This document shows, in pieces, positions 47,053 through 57,934 of a stretch of 64,000 nt of DNA. This DNA is from an uncultured delta proteobacterium (lineage in GTDB: Bacteria > Myxococcota_A > Polyangia > Haliangiales > Haliangiaceae). Numbering within the stretch: the first letter of the stretch is position 1; each line of letters begins with the position of its first letter. The translations under genes were made by a program, and so were the position numbers. The DNA lies in assembly GCA_963764695.1 (NCBI GenBank), contig CAVXTW010000015.1:285845-349844 (forward strand), written 5' to 3'. Below the pieces are notes generated by a model. The model had not been told where the DNA came from. It was given only the letters and a program-made list of their open reading frames with translations, and made no database searches.

Positions 47053-49161
47053 ATGAGCGACACCGCGACCACGCGTCGTCCTACCTCCCGCGTCCGCCAC
47101 TGGGCATTCCTCTGCGGCGTCGCGGTGCTGCTGGGCGCCACCGCCGCCTATATCTGGATCCAGAGGCCGGTGCGGGAGTCCATCAGACTGGAGCGTCAGC
47201 TCGCCAGGAACGTCGGGCGGATCATGACGCTCGACGAGATCCTGACGATGTCCGCCCGCATGGCCGCGGCCGCGCGCGACAGCGGCTACCAGGAGCGCTA
47301 CAACGCCCACGTCGATGAGCTCGATCAATCGATCCGAGCCACCGTCGCTCTCGCGCCGGACGCCGACGTCGCGGCCGCGGTGAGCTCCACCGACGAGGCG
47401 AACCAGCGCCTCATCGCCATGGAGACCCGCTCGTTCGAGCTGAGCAACGGCGGGAGGCACGAGGAGGCGCTTCTGCTGCTCGAAAGCCAGCCCTACCGGG
47501 CGGACAAGGCCGTCTACGCCCACGGGATGGAGCGGGCGTTCGCCCGCCTCGAGAAGCTCACCGCCGCGGGCCGCGCGACGATGGAGCGCCGGGCCATCAT
47601 GCTGCAGATCCTGGCCGTGGCCGCGCTCGCGCTCGTCCTGGGCGCCTGGACGATGGAGCGGGGACGCCGCCGTCAGGCGGCGGTCCAGACCGCGTTGCTC
47701 GAGGCCACGGTCGCAGAGCGGACCCGCGAGCTCGCTCAGCGCAACCAGGCGATGCGGGTGGTCCTCGACGCGGTGCAGGAGGGATTGATCGGCATCGACA
47801 CCAAAGGCTGGATATCGCCCGAACGTTCCGCGATCGTGGACCGCTGGTTCGGGCCGGTGACGGAACGGCTCAAGTTCGCCGACTACGTCCGCTCTCACGA
47901 TCCGGCCTTCGCCAGCTGGTTCGAGCTCCAGCTGGACCAGCTGCGCGAGGGACTCTTGCCCATCGAGGTGTGTCTCGATCAGATGCCGGGACAGATACGC
48001 CTGGGCGAACGGATCCTCCAGGTGTCGTACGAGCCGATCCTCACCAACGGGGCCTGCGGTGGCTTGCTGGTCGTCCTCGACGACATCACGGCCAAGCTCG
48101 AGCGGGAGCGATCCGAAGCGGAGCAACGCGATCTGATCCGCGTGCTCGAGCACATGGGGCGCGATCGGACCGGGTTCCTGAACTTCTTCCACGGTGCAGA
48201 GAGCCTGGTCTCGGAGATCCTCGCGTCGGGCACCAGCCACGTGGTCACCGCTCGCCTGCTTCACACGCTCAAGGGCAACGCGGCCCAGTTCGGACTGCTG
48301 ACCCTGGCGGAGCTCTGTCATGCCATCGAGGGACGCCTGCGGGACGGCTTCGATATGAGCGCCCTCGATCGCGAGCTGCTCGACCAGATCTGGCAGCGGC
48401 TGGCCGCGCGCATCCACCAGATCCGCGGCGAGCGCTCGCTCGAGCACCTCGAGGTGCGCACGAGCGACTATCGCGACGTGGTCCAGCTCGTGCAGCGGCG
48501 CCGCAACCACGAGAGCATCCTGACCGCAATGACGGCCTGGGAGCTCGATCCTATGCAGGCGCGGCTCGAACGGCTGGGTGAGAGCGCTCGCGCGCTGGCC
48601 GACCGGCTCGGCAAGCCTGGTCTCGAGGTCGTCTGCGAGGGCAACGGCCTGCGCACCAGCAACGCCGACTGGGCGCCGCTCTGGTCGTCGTGCGTCCACT
48701 TGATCAGGAACGCCGTCAACCACGGGATCGAGCCGGCGTCGGCGCGCGCCGCGGCCGGTAAGAGCAGGGTGGGCCGTCTGGTCCTATCGTCCACGCGCGA
48801 AGCGGACGAGCTGGTCATCCGGGTCAGCGATGACGGCGTGGGCATCGACTGGGACGCGCTGGGCCGGAAGGCCGCCGAGGAGGGCCTCCCCTTCGACACC
48901 GACGAGGCGCGGGTGGCGGCGCTGTTCAGGGACGGGGTGTCGTCACGCGATCAGGTCGCGGAAGTCTCGGGGCGCGGGGTAGGCCTGGCGGCGGTGCTGC
49001 AGGAGGTCAAGCGGCTGAACGGCGCGATCGCGGTGACCAGCCGGAGAGGGCACGGCACCACCGTAGAGATGCGCTTCCCGGCGGCCACGATGATCGGACG
49101 ACAGCTCTCGCCCGCGACCGGGTCGGCCGTGGCGACGCCGCCTCCAGGACCATCCTCCTGA
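47053..49161 (+). CDS. Membrane sensor kinase with Hpt domain and HATPase_c (CheA-like core without a P3 dimerisation domain)
   Basis: N-terminal TM helices and coiled coils, an Hpt motif (LLHTLKGNAAQFG), and a C-terminal ATPase (HLIRNAVNHGIE, GRGVGL). Confidence 0.7.
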   Translation: MSDTATTRRPTSRVRHWAFLCGVAVLLGATAAYIWIQRPVRESIRLERQLARNVGRIMTLDEILTMSARMAAAARDSGYQERYNAHVDELDQSIRATVALAPDADVAAAVSSTDEANQRLIAMETRSFELSNGGRHEEALLLLESQPYRADKAVYAHGMERAFARLEKLTAAGRATMERRAIMLQILAVAALALVLGAWTMERGRRRQAAVQTALLEATVAERTRELAQRNQAMRVVLDAVQEGLIGIDTKGWISPERSAIVDRWFGPVTERLKFADYVRSHDPAFASWFELQLDQLREGLLPIEVCLDQMPGQIRLGERILQVSYEPILTNGACGGLLVVLDDITAKLERERSEAEQRDLIRVLEHMGRDRTGFLNFFHGAESLVSEILASGTSHVVTARLLHTLKGNAAQFGLLTLAELCHAIEGRLRDGFDMSALDRELLDQIWQRLAARIHQIRGERSLEHLEVRTSDYRDVVQLVQRRRNHESILTAMTAWELDPMQARLERLGESARALADRLGKPGLEVVCEGNGLRTSNADWAPLWSSCVHLIRNAVNHGIEPASARAAAGKSRVGRLVLSSTREADELVIRVSDDGVGIDWDALGRKAAEEGLPFDTDEARVAALFRDGVSSRDQVAEVSGRGVGLAAVLQEVKRLNGAIAVTSRRGHGTTVEMRFPAATMIGRQLSPATGSAVATPPPGPSS

Positions 49162-49209
49162 AGGACGGCGTTCGCGAGCGTCGGCGGCCAAGGAGCCGGC
49201 GCGAGGCTG

Positions 49210-50403
49210 CTAGGGCGTTGGTCGCAGTGATTCCAGGTACAGCTGCTGGAATCGCTGCACGTTGACCTCCCAGCGGCCGGCGAAGCGGGCGCGGTTTCCG
49301 ATCGCGTGGTTCGTGGGTTGCGTGTCTTGCCACGCGTCGAGGAGCACGGCGTCCTGCTCGTTGAGCAGCTCCCAGGCCTGCACGGCCGCGTCGACGGCGC
49401 CCTGGTGCACGCCGTCGGGCTGGACGCGGGGGTCGAAGTAGAAGTCGTGCCGATGTTCGTAGCTGGTCGCGTCGATCGGCAGGACGATCTCCATCGACAG
49501 CTGATCGGAGGCCGCGAAGACGCCGAGGTTGGGGAACAGCACGATGTAGGTCTGCCAGCGCTCGCCGCGCTCGAGCCATTGCGGCAGCGGCACGCCCGAA
49601 TAGTAGATGGGGCCCGCGCCGTAGCTGCCGCTGATCAGGGCCTCCGACCCGAGCATGTGGCGATCGATGATCGGGTCGTCCTTCCACGTGAGCGGATCCA
49701 TGCCCGCGAAGATCTGCGGATGGGCCGCCTTGAGGTGATACTCCTCCAGGGCGCTCTCGAGGTATCCCTTCCAGTTTCCGCGGACCCGGTCGGTGTGGAT
49801 GCTTCCGCGCGCGTGGTGATGAAGGGCGCTCCAGTCGCGCTTTCCGCCCAGGTGGCGGACCAGCGGATCGACGTGCTCGTCGAGCGAGGGCGCCTTGCCG
49901 TCGAGGTTGACGAAGATCGTGTTGCACCAGACGCCGGCGCGAACCGGAACCAGCCCGAGGCTGTCCTTGTCGAACCCGTCGAGCGTGTGGTGGCCGACGC
50001 CGCCGACGTAGGGCATCGCGCGGAGCCGCCCGTCGAGCCCGTACGTCCAGTTGTGAAACGGGCACACGAAGCTGCGCAGGCCCTGCGAGGCCTGGCACAA
50101 GAGCTTCATTCCGCGGTGGCGACAGGCGTTGTAGAACGCGCCGATCGTTCCGTCGTCGCCGCGGACCAGGACGATGTTTCGGCGGGCGACCGTGACGGGG
50201 ACTGCGTCGCCCGGGGCCGGGATGTCGGAGGCAACGCCGACGGCCACCCACGTCCGCGGAAACAGCCGCTCGCACTCGGCCTCGAAGACCGCCGGGTCGT
50301 AGTAGATCCGCGCCGGGAGCCCGCGGGCCGAGGTCGTCTCGGCATCCAGCTCCGCCGCCACGCCGGCGTCGAGGAAGTCGAGTGTCGTCGTCGGATGACT
50401 CAT
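49210..50403 (-). CDS. Rieske [2Fe-2S] non-haem iron oxygenase alpha subunit
   Basis: CRHRGMKL...CPFHNWTY Rieske motif. ATGA overlap with the aminotransferase gene. Confidence 0.85.
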   Translation of the reverse strand: MSHPTTTLDFLDAGVAAELDAETTSARGLPARIYYDPAVFEAECERLFPRTWVAVGVASDIPAPGDAVPVTVARRNIVLVRGDDGTIGAFYNACRHRGMKLLCQASQGLRSFVCPFHNWTYGLDGRLRAMPYVGGVGHHTLDGFDKDSLGLVPVRAGVWCNTIFVNLDGKAPSLDEHVDPLVRHLGGKRDWSALHHHARGSIHTDRVRGNWKGYLESALEEYHLKAAHPQIFAGMDPLTWKDDPIIDRHMLGSEALISGSYGAGPIYYSGVPLPQWLERGERWQTYIVLFPNLGVFAASDQLSMEIVLPIDATSYEHRHDFYFDPRVQPDGVHQGAVDAAVQAWELLNEQDAVLLDAWQDTQPTNHAIGNRARFAGRWEVNVQRFQQLYLESLRPTP

Positions 50404-51719
50404 GCCGTCGCTCCGAGCTCGGCTGATGGACCGGTGAGCTGGCCGAGTGCGGTGAGAAACATGCCCAACCTCCGGGCGAGCTCCGAGAAGAATTCCCGAT
50501 CCGCGGTGTACGGAGGGCCGAGCCCGAACTCGATGTGGTCCTGCTGGATGTCCTCGATCCACAGGAGCAGGCCGCACGAGAGCGCCGTCCGCTGCACGGC
50601 CAGGTAGAACTGGTCGCCGCCACCCTCGGGCGACGTGCACGGAACGATCAGTCGACCCATGGCGCCGATGACCGACATCTTCGCTCCGGGGCAGCGCTCG
50701 CAGATCGACCCGAGGACCTCCGCGAGCCGCGATTCGATGGACGCGATGGCCCTGGCGGGGAGCAGTCGGGACTCGATCTCATCCAGCACGGCGATGGCGA
50801 TCTCGCACGACAGGACGTGGCCCGAGTATGTATGTCCGCCCCAGAAGCGCCCCGACTCCGCCAGCGAGTCGCGCACGTCGGCCGTGACCAGCGTGGCGAA
50901 GATGGGGATGAAGCCGGCGCCCAGGGCCTTCCCGGTGGCGACGATGTCAGGGACCACGTTCCACCTGTTGAGGGCCACGGCCGGGCCGATCCGCCACATG
51001 CCCTCGAGCACTTCATCGGAGACCAGCAGGATCCCGTACCGGGTGCAGATCTCGCGGATGCGCGGCCAGTACTCGTCCGGCACCGGCCCGCCGTTCGTCG
51101 TCGGCACGCCGACGAATGCAGCGATGGTGTCTGGCCCCTCCGCCTCGATTAGACGCTCCAGCGCCGAGGCGCACATCAGGTCGCAGGAGGGATACGCGAG
51201 GCCGAAGGGACACTTGAAGCAATCCTGCTGTTCGAGCTGCACGAAGTTCGGCACGTCCTGTGCGCGGACGCTGCCGGAACCGCCCAGGGCCAGGGCGCCC
51301 GTGGTGAGCCCGTGGTAGGCGCCTCGCCGTCCGATGATCTTCGTCCGCGACGGTGAGTGCCGCGTTCGCGCGACTTGAAGAGCGGCCCGCAGCGCCGCCT
51401 CGACGGCATCTGCCCCGCTCTGGTAGAAGCCGGTTGCCGCGAACTCCGGCATCAGCGCCAGCAGGCGATCGGCGAGGCGGTCGGCGGCGCCGTTCTGAAA
51501 GTAGGCCATGCTCGCGAAGCTGAACGCCTCTGTCTGTGCGCGCAGGACGTCCGCGACCGGCCCGGGCATCGTGTGTCCGAGCACGCAGTTGTACGCGCCG
51601 GAGGTCGCGTCGAGATATCGATTTCCCTCCGCGTCGTAGTAGTGGTAGCCGTCGGCCCGCTCGACGCGCGGATTCCGCCGGTTGAAGAGGTAGTAGAGGA
51701 TCTTGTCACTGGTGGGCAT
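50400..51719 (-). CDS. Class-III (omega) aminotransferase, PLP-dependent
   Basis: 439 aa with an aspartate-aminotransferase fold-type I class III signature. Confidence 0.8.
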   Translation of the reverse strand: MPTSDKILYYLFNRRNPRVERADGYHYYDAEGNRYLDATSGAYNCVLGHTMPGPVADVLRAQTEAFSFASMAYFQNGAADRLADRLLALMPEFAATGFYQSGADAVEAALRAALQVARTRHSPSRTKIIGRRGAYHGLTTGALALGGSGSVRAQDVPNFVQLEQQDCFKCPFGLAYPSCDLMCASALERLIEAEGPDTIAAFVGVPTTNGGPVPDEYWPRIREICTRYGILLVSDEVLEGMWRIGPAVALNRWNVVPDIVATGKALGAGFIPIFATLVTADVRDSLAESGRFWGGHTYSGHVLSCEIAIAVLDEIESRLLPARAIASIESRLAEVLGSICERCPGAKMSVIGAMGRLIVPCTSPEGGGDQFYLAVQRTALSCGLLLWIEDIQQDHIEFGLGPPYTADREFFSELARRLGMFLTALGQLTGPSAELGATA

Positions 51720-53484
51720 GTGCGTCGCTTCCTCGGCCCAGCTCGAGCGGCGGAGCTCGCCACTCTCCGGGGCGCGGATACATTCGTCGGCGGAACCGTT
51801 CCCAGATCTGCTCGACCTCGCTGTCGCCGGGCCGCAGCGGGATCCTCAGCAGCGTCTCCAGCGCGAGCGCGCGCTCGACATCGTCGAGCCTCGCCGTGCC
51901 GAAGGCCGAGCCGAAGCGGCGCTTCGTGTCGGGCAGGTCGCCCGAGGTCGCCGCCAGATCCAGGAAGTGCCCCACGCTGCGGGCCGGTCCGGACGGGCCC
52001 GGGTCCAGCCGGCGCCAGAGCCGGGCGGCCTCCGCGAGGTCGCCCGCGTGATAGCGCAGGCCCGCGACCAGCATCGTGAGCGGAACGCCGCGATGGCCCT
52101 GCTCCAGCGTCGCGTCGAGCCGTGACGACACCGGCCAGGAGAAGTAGTCGCAGACGTCCTCGCTGTCGGGCCTGCCGGCGAACGGGTTGTCGAGCAAGGC
52201 GGCGAGCGATCGCGAGGCCTCGAAGTCGCCGCGGCTGCATCGGTCCAGCGCCGGCAGATGGTCGTGGAGCCAGCGGTCCCTGCTCACCTCGACGAGCGCG
52301 CGCGCGTTGGCCTCGACCCCGAGCAGCCCCTCTTGAGCGACGAACGAGTACTCGGACAGCGTTCCCGCGTAGACGTGCACCGCCGCGACGTCCAGGATCG
52401 AGCAGTCGCGCACGAACACGTCCGCGTCGAACCGGCGGCAGATCCGCAGGCAGGCGCCGAGGAGTGAGGCGGTGTTCCGGACGGGCAGCTCGAACGCGGC
52501 CCGGAAGTCGCGCGAGTAGGGCTTCTCGAGCTCCACCTGGGCGAGGCTGCCGCCCCATCCGGCCGTGAAGCCGGCGCGGCTCCACGCGCGCAGGAGGTCC
52601 GCAGTATCGACAGTGGCGGACCAGCCGGCGATGCGATCTCCGTAGTACTCGTCGGACAACATCTCCCGGACGCAGTGCTCGACGGCGTGCTCGACGCGGT
52701 GGCCGCCCGCGACGGCCAGCGACATGCTGTCGAGCGCTGGATCGACGAGCAGCACCCCGACCACCGGCAGCCGACCGCCGAGCGTCATGTCGAGGTAGAG
52801 AAGCTCGCGGCCCTGCGCCCTCAGATATGCGGCGACCCGCTCCACGGGCCCGCCGGCAAAGGTCTCCGGGTCAATGAGCGGAAACCGCGCCGTGCGAAGG
52901 GCGAACTTGCGGAGCGCGTACCGCTCGAAGGTCTCGAACAGGGCCGCGACGATCGCCTCGGATATGGTCGAGCCGACCGCGCCGCCGTTGTTGCGCCCGA
53001 CCACCTCGAGCCCGATCTCCCTGGGAAACAGCAGCTCCTCGCCGCCCGCCAGGCCCACGTAGCGATGGACTCTGTGCTCGGTTCGCGGAGACGCCGCCGC
53101 CATGGTCGCCCGCAGCCCGCTGCCGCCCGGGAGCGTGTCGATGCATTCATCGACGTCAACGCGGCGCTCGTCCCAGAGGGGCGCGATCTCGCGCCGGCAG
53201 GGGAGCCAGTCCGGATACCAGAGGTCGCAGCTCACGTTCTCGATCATCTCGCCGTACGCGCCGGCGAGGCACCGCTGCGGCGACAGCGTCTCTCCTGACT
53301 GGCTGCCCGACGCGTGACCGAACCATGGCGAGCTGAACACCGGGTCCGTCAGGATGGCGTACGAGATGCAGGTCGCTCCATACTGCCTCGTCCCCACCTC
53401 CTGTAGCGGATGAAGGTCGTGGCGGACGGCGGCGCCGCTGAAGGCGCGCAATGCCTCCCCGGGAGAGAGCTGCCGGATGGTCAT
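51706..53484 (-). CDS. YcaO-domain protein with C-terminal TPR-like extension
   Basis: YcaO ATP-binding block (GGAVGSTISEAIVAALFETFERYA). ATGA overlap with the upstream NRPS gene. Confidence 0.7.
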   Translation of the reverse strand: MTIRQLSPGEALRAFSGAAVRHDLHPLQEVGTRQYGATCISYAILTDPVFSSPWFGHASGSQSGETLSPQRCLAGAYGEMIENVSCDLWYPDWLPCRREIAPLWDERRVDVDECIDTLPGGSGLRATMAAASPRTEHRVHRYVGLAGGEELLFPREIGLEVVGRNNGGAVGSTISEAIVAALFETFERYALRKFALRTARFPLIDPETFAGGPVERVAAYLRAQGRELLYLDMTLGGRLPVVGVLLVDPALDSMSLAVAGGHRVEHAVEHCVREMLSDEYYGDRIAGWSATVDTADLLRAWSRAGFTAGWGGSLAQVELEKPYSRDFRAAFELPVRNTASLLGACLRICRRFDADVFVRDCSILDVAAVHVYAGTLSEYSFVAQEGLLGVEANARALVEVSRDRWLHDHLPALDRCSRGDFEASRSLAALLDNPFAGRPDSEDVCDYFSWPVSSRLDATLEQGHRGVPLTMLVAGLRYHAGDLAEAARLWRRLDPGPSGPARSVGHFLDLAATSGDLPDTKRRFGSAFGTARLDDVERALALETLLRIPLRPGDSEVEQIWERFRRRMYPRPGEWRAPPLELGRGSDAHAHQ

Positions 53485-56400
53485 GCTCGACGCCGCTCCT
53501 GTTCGCCATCGGCGACCGCGGCGTGGGCCTCGAAGAATCGGGTCACCAGCGCGACCGGATCGAAGTCTCCCGCGTCCGCGCGCGTCCTCGACGGCAGCTC
53601 GCCGGTCTCGTCCAGGTAGGGGCCGAGCAGGTTCGCCGGATCGGTCGGGTGAGTGGCACAGAAGGCGGCCAGACGATCTCGCCAGGTCCGGCGGGGGACG
53701 ACCGCCAGGTCCAGGCCGCTGGCGGCAGAGGCGGCGAGCACCGTCTCGCGCGTGATCTCGCGCTCGCCGTGGACCAGATGGAAGGCGCGAGGAGGCGCGT
53801 CCCGCTCGCTCGCGAGGTCATCGATCGACTGCACGAGGAGATCGACCGGCGTGAGCGCGAAGCCCGGCATGTCCTCGGGAACGCTGCGCAGCTTGAACAT
53901 CGCTGCCAGATACAGCTCGACCCAGCCTGCCGGATTGGCATCGATGCCGCGCGAGTGCGGTCCGATGTAACCGACTCGATAGATCCGGGCCGGGACTCCC
54001 CGCGCCGCGGCGCGAGCGACGAGCTGGTCGGCCACCCACTTGGTCCCGCCGTAGCCCTCGATGTGATCGGGCGGGTCGATGACCAGCGATTCCGGCCCAG
54101 GGCTGCCGGCGAGCGGGACCACATCGATGGAGGAGACGTGATGCACCTCCTTCGGCCGGCTGGCGACGGCGAGGCGCAGGAGCTCGAGCGTGCCACGGAC
54201 GTTGGGCGCGCGGAGCGAGTCGTAGGACCTGACGTGATTGACGGCGGCGCCGACGTGGAAGATGCGGCTGGTGCGCTCGCTCAGGAGCCTCCACGCGCGC
54301 GCGGACAATCCCAGCCAGGGCAGCGCCAGAATCGCCTCGCACGACGCTGACCCGGTCGGCGCCGGCGTCCAATCCGGCGAGCTCCAGAGCACGCCGGAGC
54401 CTGTGGCCAGCTGCCGCCACGCTCGGTGCTCGAACGAGGCAGCGGATCCGGTCCCGGGTGCGGTCCAGGAGCGCGCGGAGGAGATGGCGCCCCAGATAGC
54501 CGGTCGCGCCGGTGACCAGGATGTCGCCGGCGCTCGCGGAGGCTCGACCGGGTCGCGGGACGATGTCGTCGGGGAGCGACGCGTCGGCCAGGAGAGTCCC
54601 CCGGGCGGGCCGCTGTCGGCGCGGACGTCCGCCCGGTCCGGACGCGATGGCGGCGGCCATGCTCTCGACGGTCGCCAGCTCGTCAACCGAGCGCAGCGAC
54701 AGCTCGACCCCGAAGCGGGTCCGGATCTCGTGGATCAGGCGAACGGCCAGGAGCGAGTGCCCGCCGAGGTCCACGAACCTGTCATGGATTCCTATCTGCA
54801 CGACTCCCAGCAGCTCGCTCCAGATCGCGGCCAGGCGCGTCTCGACGTCGGTCCGAGGAGGGACCGGATCGGCGAAGTGGAGCGGCTCGGCGCCGATCGA
54901 CCGGAGCGCGTCCCGGTCGATCTTGCGGTGGCGGGTCAGCGGCCAGCTCGACAGCGGCACGACCGCCGCGGGAAGCATGTGCGAGGGCAATCGGTCCGCG
55001 AGATGCTCCCTGAGCGCCGCGGGGGAGAGCGTGGCTCCCGCCAGCACGTATGCCATCAGGCGCGGGGCGGCCGACCCGTGCTCGTCGAGCAGCACGACGG
55101 CGTCGATGATCCCGGCATGCTGGCGCAGGGCGTTCTCGATCTCGCCGAGCTCGACCCGGTGCCCGCGCAGCTTGACCTGATGGTCGACGCGGCCGAGAAA
55201 CTCGATCTCGCCGCTGTCGAGCCACCGGCCCAGATCGCCGGTGCGGTACATGCGGCCGCCGGGATCGCGAGCGAACGGATCGGCGAGGAACCTCTCCCGC
55301 GTGAGAGCCGGGTTGTCGAGATAGCCACGGGCGAGGGTATCGCCGCCGATGTAGATCTCGCCGGTCGCCCCGATCGGCTGCGGCATCCTCTCCGGGCTCA
55401 GCACGTAGAGCTGGGTGTGAGCAATGGGCCGGCCGATGGTCACGAGCCGACCCGGGCGACAGCGATGAAGGGTCACCTGGCACGACGCCTCGGTCGGGCC
55501 ATAGGCGTTGAAGACGTCGCGGCCCGGCAGCGTGCGGGCGATGTGTCCGAGCAGCGCGAGCGGAAGCGCCTCGCCGCCACAGATCACCGTCCGCAGCGAG
55601 GGGAGGCCGCACCCTCTCCTGTCGATCTCGTCGAGGATGGCGGGCAGTAGCGACGGGACCAGGTCGACGACGGTCACGCCATCTCGCTCGATGCACCGGA
55701 CGATCTCGACCGGGTCGGATGAGTCTTCGGTCAGCACCACGCGGCCGCCCCAGCAGAGCGGAGCCAGAAGTTGCCACACGGCGGCATCGGATCCCGGACA
55801 GGCGAGGCCGAGGAATCGGTCGTCGCGGGTCAGCGTGCGCGCTCGCTGCGCGCCCGCGAACGCCTTCAGGAGCGATCCGTGCTCGACGAGGACGCCCTTG
55901 GGCGTGCCCGTTGACCCGGACGTGTAGATGACGTAGGCGAGATGGCTGGCTGCCATCTCCCGGCGCAGAGGGCCGCCGTCGCACCGGTCGATCTGCTCGG
56001 CGACGGCCGGGTCGTCGAGCGCGACGGAGTGGCGATCGCCAGCGTGCTGCCGCGCCGCCGCGTGACAGACAACGATCGATGCGGCCGCGTCGGCGAGCAT
56101 CCAGCGGATCCGCTCGCGAGGCTGGCCGGGATCGATCGGGACGAACGCGCACCCGGCCTTCCACGCGCCGAGCATCGCGACGATCGCGTCTCGTCCCCGC
56201 TCCAGGCAGATCGCGATACGCGCTTCCGGTGGCGGCGCAAGGGCGCGCAGGAAGCGAGCCAGCTGGTTCGCCCGCCGGTCCAGCTCCGAGAAGCGCAACG
56301 GCGGCCCCTGATGGTCGACCACCGCGACGGCCTCGGGACTCTCCGAGGCGCGGCGCTCGATCAGCCGGGCGACGCTTCCGGCGCGGCCGTCCCCTGCGAA

Positions 56401-57839
56401 GGGCGACCAGTCGCGGTAGAGCTTCCCGCGCTCTTCGTCGGTCAGGAGGTCGAGCGAGAAGATGGAGTCGGCCGGACGTGCCAGCGCCTGCTCCAGGAGT
56501 CGACGGTAGTGAGTTGAACATTCTCGCGACCAGGCGCGGTGCGAATGCGGCGGCGTGATCGATGACGATGTCGATCCCGCCGTCCCGTTCCTGGTAGGTC
56601 CAGGACAGCGCGACGGCGGCCGGCGTCGCGCCCTCGCCGGCCTCGGTGAAAGCGACGTCGAAGGGGCGCCCTCCCCGGCCGAGCCGGCGTCCTGCGTCGT
56701 CGTCGAGCCCTTCCGCGTGAGACGCCGCCAGGTCGCACTGCTCGCGCACCCGCATCACGGCGTCCTCGAAGCCGACATCATCGGGCAACCGGACCCTGAT
56801 GGGGAGCGGTCGCCGAGAGGTCGCCGCCGGTAGCACCGTCTCGATGCAGATGTCCCGCGCTCCACCGTATCGGGCCAGGAGTGCGAACAGCGCGGCGAGC
56901 AGCCCGTCTCTCGGCTCGACGTTCCGAGCTGCCGCCCAGCCGCGGAGCTGTTCCGCCGTCCCTCGCTCCAGGGCGAACCGGTGCCGTCCGCGAGCGGCGT
57001 CCGCGACCGGATCTTGATGGGCACCGTCGCCGCCCGCGGCAAGACGCAGGGGCGGGAGGTCGGCGAGCTGACCCAGCCAGAACGCGACCGAGCGGCGGCG
57101 GTCGGTCGCGTCGATGGTCACCCGGCGCCGGTCGAGGTGAGCGCGCAGCTCCACGATCCGGCGGACGAGGTCCGGGGGCAGAGCGCCGTCGAGAGGACCG
57201 AGATCCGTGGCCCGGTCGAAGTCTTCGTGCTCGCGGTAGCCGGGCAGCCGATCCAGATCTCGCGACGTGTAGAGCCGGGTCGCTCCAACCTCCGCGATCG
57301 TCGCACGGTACGTCCGCCGGGCGATGCTGTCGACGTGGTCGTCGAACATCCGCTGGCTCAGGTCGGCGCAACGGAGTATCAGCTCGTGCAGCCGCATCCG
57401 GGGTGAGATGGCGAAGCGCTCGATGGCCAGGATCGCGCCCGCGTCGATGGCAGCGTCCAGCTCGTAAAGAGAGACGCCGTACTCGGGGCTCCCGTCCAGG
57501 ATGGCGAACATGGCCGCGACGATCGGGTCGCCGCGCTGGATGGGAATGATGCCGCTGTGAACCCCGAAGAAGGAGATACCCGCCGAGGCCAGAAAGCTGG
57601 CCTGGAGCAGAAGCGCATTGTCGATGGAGAACCCGACGCCATCGGAGCACATGGATCGAGCTCTGGAAGGATCGGCCTGGAGGTCGCGCGCGGCTGCAAA
57701 CGGCACTCGATGCCGGGCACAGAAGGAGCCGAGGCGGTCGCTGTTGCCAAAAACTCCGTCGAACCCGGTACCCTCGTGTGAGTGCGCTCGACACCGCTTG
57801 CTGCAGCAGCGCGCCGTCGCCAACGAAGATCATCGTCAC
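53481..57839 (-). CDS. NRPS module with formyltransferase-like, degenerate C-like, A, T (PCP) and R (thioester reductase) domains; 3 frame breaks at ~57760, ~56510 and ~54375
   Basis: Formyltransferase-like domain MTMIFVGDGALLQQAVSSALTRGYRV / FGVHSGIIPIQRGDP. A-domain cores: LAYVIYTSGSTGTPKGV, NAYGPTEAS, GEIYIGGDTLARGYL, YRTGDLGRW, GRVDHQVKLRGHRVELGEIE. PCP: DLGGHSLLAVRL. R domain: VTGATGYLGRHLL...YGGTKW. The pieces lie in three frames (ORFs 56778..57839, 54782..57823, 53818..56322, 53481..54686) but are colinear. Confidence 0.75.
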
Positions 57840-57934
57840 CTCACGACATCGACGTCGCAGATCTCAGCCGCGCAGTAGAGCACGACTCCCGAGATTCGAG
57901 TCGTCAACAAATCGACGACCGAGCGGGTCCGTAG

